The notes: a model not told the origin generated them from the sequence alone. A stretch of DNA of 64,000 nt from Candidatus Woesearchaeota archaeon (GCA_016184345.1 JACPCV010000004.1:54453-118452), one strand, 5' to 3'; positions 19,429 to 28,260 are shown, counted from the first letter of the stretch. Made by a program: numbers and translations.

Positions 19429-19866
19429 TTAAATGCCCTCATCAGCAGCTTCTTCACCAATGGCCTTCCCCTTCTTCTCCTTCAGCTTCTTGGTGACGTC
19501 AATGCCGGCACTGCACTTGCCGCACTGGAAGCGCAACGTGGGAATGCCCTCAATGTTTTTCCTCTTGAACGGAATTTGCGCCTCGCCGCTGCTGCCGCAA
19601 CTCGGGCATTTATACTGTGAATTTGCAGTCAAGGATTCTTCGTATGACTTCTTGTCAATGCTGTAGCCGCAGCCGGGGCAGGCATACTCCTTTGCCCTGA
19701 TGAGGGCCTTGCCCTTCTTATCCCGGGGCTTCCCCATGATACTTTTTTTGCACTTGGGGCAGGCCTGCTTGAAAACCCAAACCTTGACACTGCCTTTACC
19801 TCCTTCAAGGGAGCGCTGCGTAAAATAAACGCACTCGTCCATGGACTCAGGCTGCTTTAGTGGCAT
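19429..19866 (-). CDS. Zinc-ribbon protein with four CxxC pairs, hypothetical
   Basis: 145 aa with CPKC, CPGC, CPSC and CGKC spaced as two zinc ribbons. TATTTAAAG box 24-32 nt upstream of the start. Confidence 0.5.
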   Translation of the reverse strand: MPLKQPESMDECVYFTQRSLEGGKGSVKVWVFKQACPKCKKSIMGKPRDKKGKALIRAKEYACPGCGYSIDKKSYEESLTANSQYKCPSCGSSGEAQIPFKRKNIEGIPTLRFQCGKCSAGIDVTKKLKEKKGKAIGEEAADEGI

Positions 19867-20008
19867 GAAGCCGGAAACCGAACAGCGGTTATTTAAAGTT
19901 TTTGAAATGCTATTTTTGCCTGAAGCCTGATGAAGCCATGATTCAGCCTGGCGGCAAAAAAAGATTAATTTTATAAATCAGCGCAGAATCTGCAGCCGCT
20001 GAACAAGC

Positions 20009-20239
20009 ATGAGCAAGAAAAGCAAGAAGAAGGAAAAGAAAATCAGCGCCAAGGCGCTCAGGTACGCGAAGTTCCAGAAGGAAAAGCCCGGAACCATTGA
20101 CTTGACAATGCCTGATCTCACCGAAGAGCAGAACAAGCAGAAGCAGCTAGACCAGGACAGGATTGACATGTTCCTCCGCAGAAACAGGAACCCGCCTACA
20201 AAGGAGATTTCCGAAAGAAGGATGAGGAGCAAGCGGTAA
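20009..20239 (+). CDS. Small lysine-rich basic protein, hypothetical
   Basis: 76 aa. TTTTATAAAT box ~31 nt upstream. Competes with an antisense 117-aa low-complexity ORF that looks spurious. Confidence 0.35.
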   Translation: MSKKSKKKEKKISAKALRYAKFQKEKPGTIDLTMPDLTEEQNKQKQLDQDRIDMFLRRNRNPPTKEISERRMRSKR

Positions 20240-20284
20240 GAAAAACAGGTTCTGAAGATTTTTTTGTTATTGAAGAATAAAGAT

Positions 20285-20683
20285 CTATTCCCCAAGCACT
20301 TCCTTAACCCATTTGTAAAATCTCTCGGCATCCCTCAAAGCGTCAGAAGCGTCCGATTTACTCATGAGCTTTTCTTCGTACTCTGCAGTGCTTTTAATCC
20401 GCAAAAGGTTGCTTAATTGCTGGTTTTTCTTCCCAATCTCAGGAAGGTTAAGCTTACTGAGCAGCTTGATAACCGCTTCATGCCTGCTGCCGCTGTTACG
20501 AAGGCCGAGATGCTTTACTGTAAGAGCATCGGCAGCGCTTATGCCGCAATGAACAGCCGCGATAACAGCCATATTCCAGCTATCGCTGGCAAAAGCAGAA
20601 TTCATGCCGGTATGGCACTCTTCCGCCTTCTTTAAAAAGTTCTTATAAAAGCTTGATGCCACGTTTACTGTATTAGCTTCCAT
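20285..20683 (-). CDS. HEPN-domain protein (toxin partner of the upstream MNT)
   Basis: 132 aa, R-x5-H motif (RNSGSRH). Overlaps the upstream nucleotidyltransferase gene by 19 nt. Confidence 0.65.
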   Translation of the reverse strand: MEANTVNVASSFYKNFLKKAEECHTGMNSAFASDSWNMAVIAAVHCGISAADALTVKHLGLRNSGSRHEAVIKLLSKLNLPEIGKKNQQLSNLLRIKSTAEYEEKLMSKSDASDALRDAERFYKWVKEVLGE

Positions 20684-21267
20684 AAATCCTCACCCTTAAT
20701 CAAGTTGTAACTTTCAAGAACACCCTTGACAAAAGGCGTATTCTTCTTGCGGACAAACTCATTTTTTGACATAATATAAGGCGCTATCACATTACCGTAC
20801 CTTTTGACAAAAAACTGCTGTTTTTCCTCCACAAACTTCTGAACTGCTTCCTTATTGCCAGTAATGAAAAGCACATCGACATCGCTATCCGGCTTCTCTG
20901 TTCCCCTTGCAACGCTGCCGAAAACAGCGCATGAAACCATCCCATTCGGAATCTCCCTTTTTAATTCTTGGACGAAATGATCCTTAAACATTTCCGCCTC
21001 TACGCCAAATAACGTCTGGAGCGCGTTATATGCGTAGCTACCAGTGTTCAAGGTTATGAGATTTGAGCGGCCATGGTATTCCAGCTTTACCAAATTTGAG
21101 GCTTGCAGCTCTCGCAGCGCGCGCCTCACGCCAGTGTGCGTAAGCCGTATGGACTCCGCCAACTCTCTCCCGGTAAAGGTCTTTGCCTTGAATTTAAAGA
21201 GCATCCTGAGTACGTTAACCTTAACCCTACTCCCCAGCACATCCTCCAAAAAAGCGTGCAGTCTCAT
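20665..21267 (-). CDS. Minimal nucleotidyltransferase (MNT) with N-terminal wHTH
   Basis: 200 aa, GS-x9-DxD motif (AVFGSVARGTEKPDSDVDVLFI). Confidence 0.75.
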   Translation of the reverse strand: MRLHAFLEDVLGSRVKVNVLRMLFKFKAKTFTGRELAESIRLTHTGVRRALRELQASNLVKLEYHGRSNLITLNTGSYAYNALQTLFGVEAEMFKDHFVQELKREIPNGMVSCAVFGSVARGTEKPDSDVDVLFITGNKEAVQKFVEEKQQFFVKRYGNVIAPYIMSKNEFVRKKNTPFVKGVLESYNLIKGEDLWKLIQ

Positions 21268-21360
21268 TTTTCATATGGAAACTTATTATTCCATGTGGAA
21301 ACTAAAAGTTCCACTACTATTTAAACCTTTCCATGCCCTAAAGTTTAACCTAGAAGCGTA

Positions 21361-21374
21361 GTAGCCCCGCCCGG
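21361..21374. repeat. 14-bp copy of the tRNA-Gln 3' end (gtagccccgcccgg)
   Basis: Identical to the tRNA-Gln 3' end at 23830-23843 on the + strand, in direct orientation. Confidence 0.6.
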
Positions 21375-21406
21375 ACAGGCAATGGTCTTGTCAACAGCCA
21401 GGGCTG

Positions 21407-21784
21407 TCAAGCTACTTTAACTTCAAACCTGGACTCGTCCTCTCCTTTCAAGATCAGACCACCACCCTTCTCTATGCTGTAGAACTGGGCAAATTCCTTT
21501 GGAATCCTCACCATTAAGGCTTCTCCAAGCTTTCCCACCTTTACAGGAATTCCATGCCTTAGCTTGTTAAATACGAGCATTTTCTGGGCATCTTCAGGGT
21601 GCAGCACGGTCTCATTGCATTTCGGGCATTTCCAAGCCCTAACAGACATTCCTTCAACTACCACTTTTGCCTTGCCCATCTTGCAGTTATCATTCTGGCA
21701 AAGATGCTCTGCTTCCCAAATATCACGCTTCATTTTCATCACCCTTTCGCTTATGTTTTTTGGAGTAAGTGAACTTACCAACAT
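21407..21784 (-). CDS. Zinc-ribbon plus AbrB/SpoVT-like small protein (putative antitoxin)
   Basis: CQNDNC...CPKCN zinc ribbon, then a swapped-hairpin-like C-terminus (ALMVRIPKEFAQFYSIEKGGGLILKGEDESRFEVKV). The 5' region overlaps the upstream gene. Confidence 0.4.
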   Translation of the reverse strand: MLVSSLTPKNISERVMKMKRDIWEAEHLCQNDNCKMGKAKVVVEGMSVRAWKCPKCNETVLHPEDAQKMLVFNKLRHGIPVKVGKLGEALMVRIPKEFAQFYSIEKGGGLILKGEDESRFEVKVA

Positions 21785-22040
21785 GAATCAGCCTCCATAC
21801 ATCCTCCTGAAAACCATCAGGATACCTTACACTTGTCTGGGCAACAACAGCCTTAAGCACCTTATTTCCTTTCCTCAAGCACTGCTCAACTATTCCTTCC
21901 TTTCTTTTGCCAGTGCCACAATCATAACCGTCCTCAAGTATCTCCACAACATCGTTCAAATCTATGTTCTCAGACACGGATTCCCTGCCAGCTGCCAAAG
22001 TGACTTCAATCCTAAGGCCTTTGTACCTGACGTCAAACAT
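21723..22040 (-). CDS. Small conserved hypothetical protein (DUF4258-like, putative toxin)
   Basis: 105 aa, immediately upstream of and overlapping the zinc-ribbon/AbrB gene. Family assignment is from memory and uncertain. Confidence 0.3.
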   Translation of the reverse strand: MFDVRYKGLRIEVTLAAGRESVSENIDLNDVVEILEDGYDCGTGKRKEGIVEQCLRKGNKVLKAVVAQTSVRYPDGFQEDVWRLIHVGKFTYSKKHKRKGDENEA

Positions 22041-22129
22041 AAAGCGCCCTCAAATAGTATCATAAATGATATCATAATAGATATCCTTATATTAATATTT
22101 TTCGGTTTTTTGTGCTGAATCAAGAATAG

Positions 22130-22143
22130 CCCCGCCCGGCGGA
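22130..22143. repeat. Second 13-14-bp copy of the tRNA-Gln 3' end (atagccccgcccgg)
   Basis: 13 nt identical to the tRNA 3' end, direct orientation. Confidence 0.6.
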
Positions 22144-22197
22144 ATGGCCGGGATCGGACAGTCGAATGTTATCTTTGGTTAAAAAGAGTTTATCCTG

Positions 22198-22680
22198 TTA
22201 TTTTGCGGCCTTCTCGCACAAGCTAAACATGTTGGTAAAGAAGAATTGGGCGTTCTTAACGCTTTCCTTGGCAGGTTCCAAATTGGCCTGCGGAATTCTT
22301 TTGTAAGTGAACCTTCCCCGCTTTCCCTTCTCAAACTCAAAAATATGCAGAAGCGTGTCTGCCTTAACCAACATGTTTTTGTAGATGTTCAACAGCTCAA
22401 CATCAACAATTCCGTTGTCAACGAGCCTTGAAAAGGCGTCAAAAGTTTTCCTATGTTCTTCCGGAGCTTCAGTTTTTATGCCTTTCAGCAGCAAATACGC
22501 TTTGGCTGAGTAAAAAATAGAATAGTAAGCGTGTGAGATTGTTGCACTGTAATAAGTGTCTTGTTTCATGCCAAAAACGGTGACCTGCAGGCTTATATCA
22601 TCGCTAATCCGCAGAATCATAATTGAAAGGTTCAGTTCATTCTGCGACCGCTGCAGGTATAGTTTATATTCGGAATCCAC
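22198..22680 (-). CDS. HEPN-like domain protein (partner of the upstream MNT)
   Basis: 160 aa, alpha-helical, overlaps the upstream MNT gene by 17 nt. HEPN assignment rests on context and helical composition. Confidence 0.5.
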   Translation of the reverse strand: MDSEYKLYLQRSQNELNLSIMILRISDDISLQVTVFGMKQDTYYSATISHAYYSIFYSAKAYLLLKGIKTEAPEEHRKTFDAFSRLVDNGIVDVELLNIYKNMLVKADTLLHIFEFEKGKRGRFTYKRIPQANLEPAKESVKNAQFFFTNMFSLCEKAAK

Positions 22681-23314
22681 GCTTCATCCCCTCCAATACA
22701 ATGCCATAGAAAATCTGGTGATTATGCACGGCAAGGTGTTTCCGCGCTATTTGCTTTCCCAGATTCTCCTCATCATTCGTAAGCATCTCAATCATTTCCG
22801 CCCGTGGGATTACATGAACATCAACTTCAACCAAAATTTTAAGCTTCGCACTATTCACTGCTGCTTCAATCAGCTTCACTTTTTCCGGATCCTCAACGAA
22901 AATAGCGATATCTATATCGGAAGTTCGTTTTTGCTCGCCGACCGCATAAGAACCAAAAACAGCGACAGAATAGAACTGCGTGACAAGATCAAGTTCACCG
23001 GTAATCCTGGCCACTGCCAGCTTTACCTCTTTTCCAGCCCGCCTATCATTACAAAGAGCAATATAGCAAAAGGTGATATCATTTTGCAGGTTAAGCGTCA
23101 GGAGGCCAGATTTTCCAACTTTCCGCTCGATAATAACTTCTTCCCTTTTCAACTGGTTGATTGCCAAAGCCAAAGAGTTATTTGACTTCTCCCGAGAGTC
23201 TTTTTTAATCTGGCCGCGGGTATGTTCGGCAAATGGGTTCCTTGCGAACACTTCAAATATTTTCAGCTGTTTTTGAGTAAGCATAAAACCACCTAATTGG
23301 TTTATATGAACCAT
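22664..23314 (-). CDS. Minimal nucleotidyltransferase (MNT) with N-terminal wHTH
   Basis: 216 aa, AVFGSYAVGEQKRTSDIDIAIFV. Confidence 0.75.
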   Translation of the reverse strand: MVHINQLGGFMLTQKQLKIFEVFARNPFAEHTRGQIKKDSREKSNNSLALAINQLKREEVIIERKVGKSGLLTLNLQNDITFCYIALCNDRRAGKEVKLAVARITGELDLVTQFYSVAVFGSYAVGEQKRTSDIDIAIFVEDPEKVKLIEAAVNSAKLKILVEVDVHVIPRAEMIEMLTNDEENLGKQIARKHLAVHNHQIFYGIVLEGMKRGFRI

Positions 23315-23388
23315 AATAATGGTTATTTATATATTTTTCCATTTGGGATATGTCTTTAGCCGTCTGAATTACCCCGACGGTGGTTTGA

Positions 23389-23452
23389 CACCCAAATACG
23401 CGGCCTAAACTGCCCCTACAGGCCTTGTAAAGCCAAATACACGGCCTAACTG
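23389..23452. repeat. Two direct ~21-bp repeats (ccaaatacgcggcctaaactg / ccaaatacacggcctaactgg) in a divergent promoter region
   Basis: Found by eye between the MNT gene (start 23314) and the 23473 ORF. About 18/21 identical, spaced ~36 bp. Confidence 0.4.
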
Positions 23453-23472
23453 GCTCGTTTAGAGAACCGAAT

Positions 23473-23763
23473 ATGTCACAGTGCATTAGTTGTAGGAAAA
23501 GAATTAAGCCTTGGTTCAGGGAATGTTATCATTGTCATTCTCAGCATAGAGGTAGTTCAAACCTAATTCTAGGCATCATTTCTTTTATTTGGTTGCCCTC
23601 AATTCCCACATTGCTGTTGGTCGGATTCGGAAATGCGTTCAGGCAAGCGGGGATGCCAAACAATCTACTTTTGATATTTTGGGCGGTGTCTAGCATTATT
23701 CTAATTCTAGTTAGGGAACAAGAACTCCATGACATTTATGAACAGATAATGAAGCTATTTTAG
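23473..23763 (+). CDS. Small zinc-ribbon membrane protein, hypothetical
   Basis: 96 aa: CISCRKR...CYHC then two TM helices. Confidence 0.35.
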   Translation: MSQCISCRKRIKPWFRECYHCHSQHRGSSNLILGIISFIWLPSIPTLLLVGFGNAFRQAGMPNNLLLIFWAVSSIILILVREQELHDIYEQIMKLF

Positions 23764-23830
23764 GAAAAACGACAAATCTTAAACGAACTAATCGAGGGCT
23801 GATCACCCTCGAAAATCCGATATGAGTGAG

Positions 23831-23933
23831 TAGCCCCGCCCGGATTCGAACCGAGGTTACCGGAGCCAGAGTCCGATGTGCTTCGTCGCTGGCCTCCCGA
23901 AGAGGTCAACTTTGACCGCTACACCACGGGGCT
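23831..23933 (-). tRNA. tRNA-Gln (anticodon CUG) with a ~29-nt non-canonical intron in the D-loop
   Basis: 5' AGCCCCGTGGTGTAG, the archaeal Gln/Glu-type start. Acceptor AGCCCCG/CGGGGCT, D-stem GTGT/GCAC, anticodon stem TCGGA/TCCGG with loop CTCTGGC, T-arm CTCGG-TTCGAAT-CCGGG, discriminator A. About 29 extra nt (GGTCAAAGTTGACC and CCTCTTCGGGAGG hairpins) lie between the D-loop and the D-stem 3' strand. Confidence 0.6.
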
Positions 23934-23982
23934 GTGAATAAGGCAGAAAAGCAGCCAGTTTAAAAAAATTTGGGTTGTTTGG

Positions 23983-25179
23983 CTATTTTGCCGCGGCAGG
24001 TGCTGCTGCGGCTTTGTTCCTTTTGAACAACGAGGAGAACACGCTTGCACATTTGTGGCTGCTTGCCTTCCTGAGGAAGCCGCACTTAAGCTTCTGGCAG
24101 CTATGGCCTTGGGCTATCTCGTTGCCGGCGCATTCCAGCTTTTTGCAGGCATGATTTGCGGCAGCTTCGTCCTCGCCGCAGTTTAGCTTGCTGCAGCTGT
24201 TGTTGAAGATGTACTCGTCTTCCGCGCATTCAAGAGATGCACAGCTGTGCTCAGAAACGTACTCGTTGTATTCACACGACAGCGGCTGGCACTTCCTGCT
24301 GTCACCGCAAACAAAACCAGAGTCGCAGTCCAAGTCAGTGCAGCAGTCATAATCAACGCAGGTGTGGTTTGACTGGTACTGGCACGAGCCGCAGCTTACC
24401 GGAATGCAGAAGCCCCCATCGCAGCGCTCGCTTTGGAGGCACTGGCCGTCACTGCTGCACGAGGGGCGGTCTGTGCACTCAAAGGAATCGTAAAACTTGT
24501 ACTTCGCTGTGTCACAATCATCATACCTTATCATTAGCTTGGAAACGTTAAGAGGCGTCTGCCACTTCAGCGTGTAGGTGTTTGAGCCCACACGCTTAAT
24601 CCTAGTTATGTTTATTGTTTCAAAATCAGGGCTGACGGCATCCGGGGCATGAGTAAGCTCTTTTTTCTTGCCGCCAATGCTTGCAACAGCATCGTACCTC
24701 AGCATGAACGGCTTTTCAAAGCGGAACTCGTTCTTCTTGTCATAACGGAAGCTGTAGGCAGTGTATTTCCCAAAAAAAGTGTCGTTGCGCCTGTAGCAGC
24801 TGTTTATTGTTATGTTGATGAGCTTGCAGCTGAACTTGAAAGGGGGGCAGGTAACGCCGTAGCTGCCCTTGTCAACTTTTATCGTGTAGTAGCCACCCTT
24901 AACATCAACAACAGCCATGTCGTCGGACGTAAACTTAAACATGCCGTTGGACATCTCTCTCCACGTTCCTGAAACAGCAGAAGCCGAGCCGCCGCTCCTC
25001 TTGATTGAAATAGACTTGCCCCTGTCCTCAAGGTTGGAGATGCTGAAAGCGCCGGTATTCTGGCAGTGAGACTCTGCAACCGGCTTTGGCTGTAGCTGGG
25101 CTGAGACAGCAGCAGCAGTAGCAATAAGCAAAGTGCCGACTAAAGCTGCCAGCAAAGCAGTTTCCGCCTCTTTTTTCAT
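23983..25179 (-). CDS. Secreted cysteine-rich protein with C-x3-C repeats, hypothetical
   Basis: 398 aa, N-terminal signal/TM (LLAALVGTLLIATAAAVSAQ). C-terminal half has ~8 repeats of ...SC.KL.C.EDE... Divergent from the next gene. Confidence 0.55.
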   Translation of the reverse strand: MKKEAETALLAALVGTLLIATAAAVSAQLQPKPVAESHCQNTGAFSISNLEDRGKSISIKRSGGSASAVSGTWREMSNGMFKFTSDDMAVVDVKGGYYTIKVDKGSYGVTCPPFKFSCKLINITINSCYRRNDTFFGKYTAYSFRYDKKNEFRFEKPFMLRYDAVASIGGKKKELTHAPDAVSPDFETINITRIKRVGSNTYTLKWQTPLNVSKLMIRYDDCDTAKYKFYDSFECTDRPSCSSDGQCLQSERCDGGFCIPVSCGSCQYQSNHTCVDYDCCTDLDCDSGFVCGDSRKCQPLSCEYNEYVSEHSCASLECAEDEYIFNNSCSKLNCGEDEAAANHACKKLECAGNEIAQGHSCQKLKCGFLRKASSHKCASVFSSLFKRNKAAAAPAAAK

Positions 25180-25244
25180 TAAGACGACTATGCAACTGCC
25201 CCTTTAAAAAAATTTTGCAAAGGAAGGGAGAGCCAACAGAAAGT

Positions 25245-25252
25245 TTTAAATA
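25245..25252 (+). promoter_or_regulatory. TTTAAATA box for the large repeat-protein gene
   Basis: 27-34 nt upstream of the ATG at 25279. Confidence 0.4.
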
Positions 25253-25278
25253 GCGAGCTGGGAGTATGCTGGCTTGGC

Positions 25279-27969
25279 ATGAGAAAAGAGGCAGGAATTT
25301 CTTCAGCATCAGCTTCAACAATAGCCATCTTTAGCGCTTTAATCGCTTCATTACTGCTAGTAATAGCTGTTGCAGCCCAGGAAGAGGAGGAAGAGGTCAT
25401 GGTCGAGGAGGAGCTTGTTCCTGAGGAAGCAGCAGGGGTAACTCCTGACAGCCCAATCTACGTCTTTGACAAGATTGTTGACGACGTGCAGCTTGCTCTC
25501 GCTAAAGGAGAGGACAAGACAAAGAAAGCCCTTGAAATAAAGGAGGAAAGGATTGCAGAAGCAGCCATAATGGTTGACAAGAAAAAGCCAGATGCGGCAA
25601 AAGGCGCGCTTGAGCTCGCAGCAAAGGCAGCAGGGCAGGCGCAGAAGGAGCTTGACCCTGAGTTTGAAAAAGAGACAAACGAAAAAGTAAGGAGGGCGGC
25701 AAAGCTGCTCTCTGGCCTGCAGGAAAAGCTCCCTGACCAGGGCTGGGAGGGCGTAGAGAAAGCGCTTGACGCACAGCTCAGCGAGGAAGAAAAGGTAAGG
25801 GTAGCGCTTCTCGTGTCAAAAAGCAGGCTCACCTACTGCGATGCCATTGCACAGCAGGACTTTGACCTAATGAAGCAGGACGAACTCTGCCAGGTGGAAA
25901 AAGCCCCACAGTGGCTCAGAGAAAGGGTAGAAGGCGAGTTCAAGTCAAGGGAAGACAAAGCCAGGAACCTGATTATAGACACGGTAAGCTCCTGTGTAGT
26001 AGACCCTAAAAAGTGCGACTGCAGCCAGATACCTGTTGGGAAGCACAGCCAGTCATGCGAAGTCAAAAAGGCATTAGCGATAAGGTGCGAGTACGAAAAC
26101 GACGAGTCGGCATGCTCAGAGCTGGCTTCTGAGAAGCTTGAAGACTTCCTGCCCGAGTTCGTTGGCGAGGAGGGGAAGCAGACTGTGCTCTCGCACCTGC
26201 GCGAGAAGGAAGAGCAAATGTTTGAAAAGTTCAAGCCGCCGGAATGCGCAAATGCGCAAACGTTCCAGGAATGCTTCGCAGTCATGAAAGACCTCTACGG
26301 AACACCCATGCAATGCAAAGGCCTAAGCGATGACGAATGCATGGAATTCATTAAGCGAAACCCTCCAACCGAGAAGCCCAACCTGCCGCCGGAATGCAAT
26401 GAGGCAGGCGTCCAAAAGCCAGTTGAGTGCGCAGAGCTCATGTTCAGCAAATATGGAACACCCCCACAATGCGAAGGGCTTGACACAAGGGAATGCATGA
26501 AGCTGATGAGGCAGGAAAGGCCTGATGCGATGCAAAACGCAATGCCAAAGGAGTGCCAGGACGCAGGAGCGAAAGAGCCAAGGCAGTGCTTTGACATAAT
26601 GACTGCAAAATTCGGCTTCCCGCCAGAATGCGAAGGGCTGGATACTGATTCCTGCTTCAAGGAAATGATGAAGCGGGGACCCGGAGAAGGGCCGGAAGGC
26701 GGAACAAGGCAGGAAACTCCGGAGTGCCAGGAGAAGGGAGTAAAAGGCAAGGACTGCTTCCTGCTAATGACTGAGCTCTATGGGGGAATGCCACAGGAAT
26801 GCGAAGGGCTGAGCGCTGACGAATGCTTTGAGAAAGTGACAAAGGAAGGCCCGCCAAAAGGAGCACCTCCGGTAAACTGCGTCGGGCTAAGCCCTGAAGA
26901 GTGCAGGGCAAAGATCCAGGAGCAGCACGGGCTCCCGCCGGAATGCGCGCAGAATCCTGACCAGTGCCAGAACGCGTTTGAAGGCAGGGGAGTGCCGGGA
27001 GGAATACCTGCAGAATGCGCAGGGCTTGAGCCAGAGCAGTGCGAGCTTGTAATGATGCAGAAGTTCGGGCCGCCGGAATGCAAAGAGGCAACAAAGGACG
27101 AGTGCGAGGCAATAATGAAGGAAAAATACGGAGAAGGCGGCTTTGGAGGAGGACCCGGTCCCGGCGGTCCGGGCCAAGGCGGTGAAGGCGGCTTCGGATT
27201 TGGAGGAACAGGCGGAGGAGGCTTTGTAAATGAATGCGAAGGCCTGCCAAGGGAGGAGTGCGAGAACAAGATGTTTGAAAAGTTTGCCCCGCCGGAATGC
27301 AGCGGCTTATCAAGGGAAGAATGCGGAAGGATGACCAGGGGGAGGTTTGAGCGCGAGAGGCAGGAACAAGATAAAAACCGCGGTGAATGCGAAGGCCTAT
27401 CAGAAGAAGAATGCAGAGGCAAGTTCTTTGAAGGCAGGGGAGAGGGAGACGCAAGAGGCGAGGGCGAAAGGCGGGAAGGAGGGGATGCAGGAGCGGCTGG
27501 ACCACAACGCACATTTAGGGAGCCGCTTGGGGAGCCTATAAGGGGAGCACCTTCTGGGTGTGAAGGACTCTCACCAGAAGAATGCGGCTCAAGAATGGAA
27601 CAGGCAGCGAAGGAAAGGTTCATTCCGCAAGGAGAGCCGATAAGGCGAGAACCGCAACAGCAGCCATACCCGGCAAGGGAATATCCTGCAGGCTCATACC
27701 CCGAACGGGGAGGAGAATACCCGAGAGGTTACCAGCAGCCCAGCGGCGGAGAAGGCAGCTACCCAAGCAGTGAAGGTTCTTACCCTGGCAGCGGGAGCGG
27801 CACCAGCGATGGCGGAAGCGAAAGCAGTGGAGGATTTGGAGGAGACTCTGGAAGCCCAGGCAGAAGTGACAGTGGCAGCGGGGGAGGCGGCTCAGGCGGC
27901 GGAGAAGGCACAGCAGCAGCGATAACAGGCCAGATAATAAAAGCAATCAAGTGGGTAGGCGGGAGATAA
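25279..27969 (+). CDS. Large secreted low-complexity protein with >12 tandem Cys-containing repeats (PPEC-EGL-x3-EC-x2-M-x3-G), acidic N-terminus and Gly/Ser-rich C-terminus
   Basis: 896 aa, N-terminal hydrophobic anchor or signal. Repeat unit of about 22-30 aa (e.g. GTPPQCEGLDTRECMKLMRQERP, GFPPECEGLDTDSCFKEMMKRGP). C-terminal G/S/Y-rich tail. Antisense ORFs in this region are compositional artefacts. Confidence 0.7.
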   Translation: MRKEAGISSASASTIAIFSALIASLLLVIAVAAQEEEEEVMVEEELVPEEAAGVTPDSPIYVFDKIVDDVQLALAKGEDKTKKALEIKEERIAEAAIMVDKKKPDAAKGALELAAKAAGQAQKELDPEFEKETNEKVRRAAKLLSGLQEKLPDQGWEGVEKALDAQLSEEEKVRVALLVSKSRLTYCDAIAQQDFDLMKQDELCQVEKAPQWLRERVEGEFKSREDKARNLIIDTVSSCVVDPKKCDCSQIPVGKHSQSCEVKKALAIRCEYENDESACSELASEKLEDFLPEFVGEEGKQTVLSHLREKEEQMFEKFKPPECANAQTFQECFAVMKDLYGTPMQCKGLSDDECMEFIKRNPPTEKPNLPPECNEAGVQKPVECAELMFSKYGTPPQCEGLDTRECMKLMRQERPDAMQNAMPKECQDAGAKEPRQCFDIMTAKFGFPPECEGLDTDSCFKEMMKRGPGEGPEGGTRQETPECQEKGVKGKDCFLLMTELYGGMPQECEGLSADECFEKVTKEGPPKGAPPVNCVGLSPEECRAKIQEQHGLPPECAQNPDQCQNAFEGRGVPGGIPAECAGLEPEQCELVMMQKFGPPECKEATKDECEAIMKEKYGEGGFGGGPGPGGPGQGGEGGFGFGGTGGGGFVNECEGLPREECENKMFEKFAPPECSGLSREECGRMTRGRFERERQEQDKNRGECEGLSEEECRGKFFEGRGEGDARGEGERREGGDAGAAGPQRTFREPLGEPIRGAPSGCEGLSPEECGSRMEQAAKERFIPQGEPIRREPQQQPYPAREYPAGSYPERGGEYPRGYQQPSGGEGSYPSSEGSYPGSGSGTSDGGSESSGGFGGDSGSPGRSDSGSGGGGSGGGEGTAAAITGQIIKAIKWVGGR

Positions 27970-27972
27970 CTT

Positions 27973-28260
27973 TTACTTCTTTGATGCATTTTTGTTGCGG
28001 TAGTAAAGCCACATCGCAGTTGCACCAGTAACAAGGCCAGCCGCAGCACCAGCAACCAAGCCTTCAAGCCCTGCAGTGTAAACAGGATGATTGTCAATGA
28101 ACTGCCTAACGCCTTCCGGCGCAGCAGATTTGACAGTGCCATAAGCAAAGTCAACCGCCTTAAAGAACCAGCCGTGAGGCGGAGGCAGGCCTGTGTAAGC
28201 GGCTGTAGCTAATGCGGCAATGCCGCCCACGATTAAAACAGGCTTTGAAACCTTCATCAT
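27973..28260 (-). CDS. Small membrane protein, hypothetical
   Basis: 95 aa, two hydrophobic segments and a lysine-rich C-terminus. Confidence 0.35.
   Translation of the reverse strand: MMKVSKPVLIVGGIAALATAAYTGLPPPHGWFFKAVDFAYGTVKSAAPEGVRQFIDNHPVYTAGLEGLVAGAAAGLVTGATAMWLYYRNKNASKK

Noticed and set aside
19978-20331. 117-aa minus-strand ORF overlapping the small lysine-rich plus-strand gene
   Set aside because: Low-complexity Leu/Phe/Ser-rich product without a promoter. The plus-strand ORF has a TATA box, though neither is certain.
21361-22143. Additional tRNA genes at the two gtagccccgcccgg copies
   Set aside because: Only the 3'-terminal 13-14 nt match. No cloverleaf can be built from upstream sequence, so these are tRNA-end fragments.
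26657-27623. Long antisense ORFs (285 and 281 aa, Pro/Ser/Leu-rich) opposite the 896-aa repeat-protein gene
   Set aside because: They are low-complexity mirror images of a GC-rich repetitive coding region. The sense-strand ORF has a signal sequence, a promoter box and a coherent repeat architecture.
25279-27969. CRISPR-like periodic repeats
   Set aside because: Periodicity is at the protein level (in-frame PPEC...EC units of variable length) inside one ORF. There are no identical DNA direct repeats with unique spacers. No CRISPR array was seen anywhere in the window.
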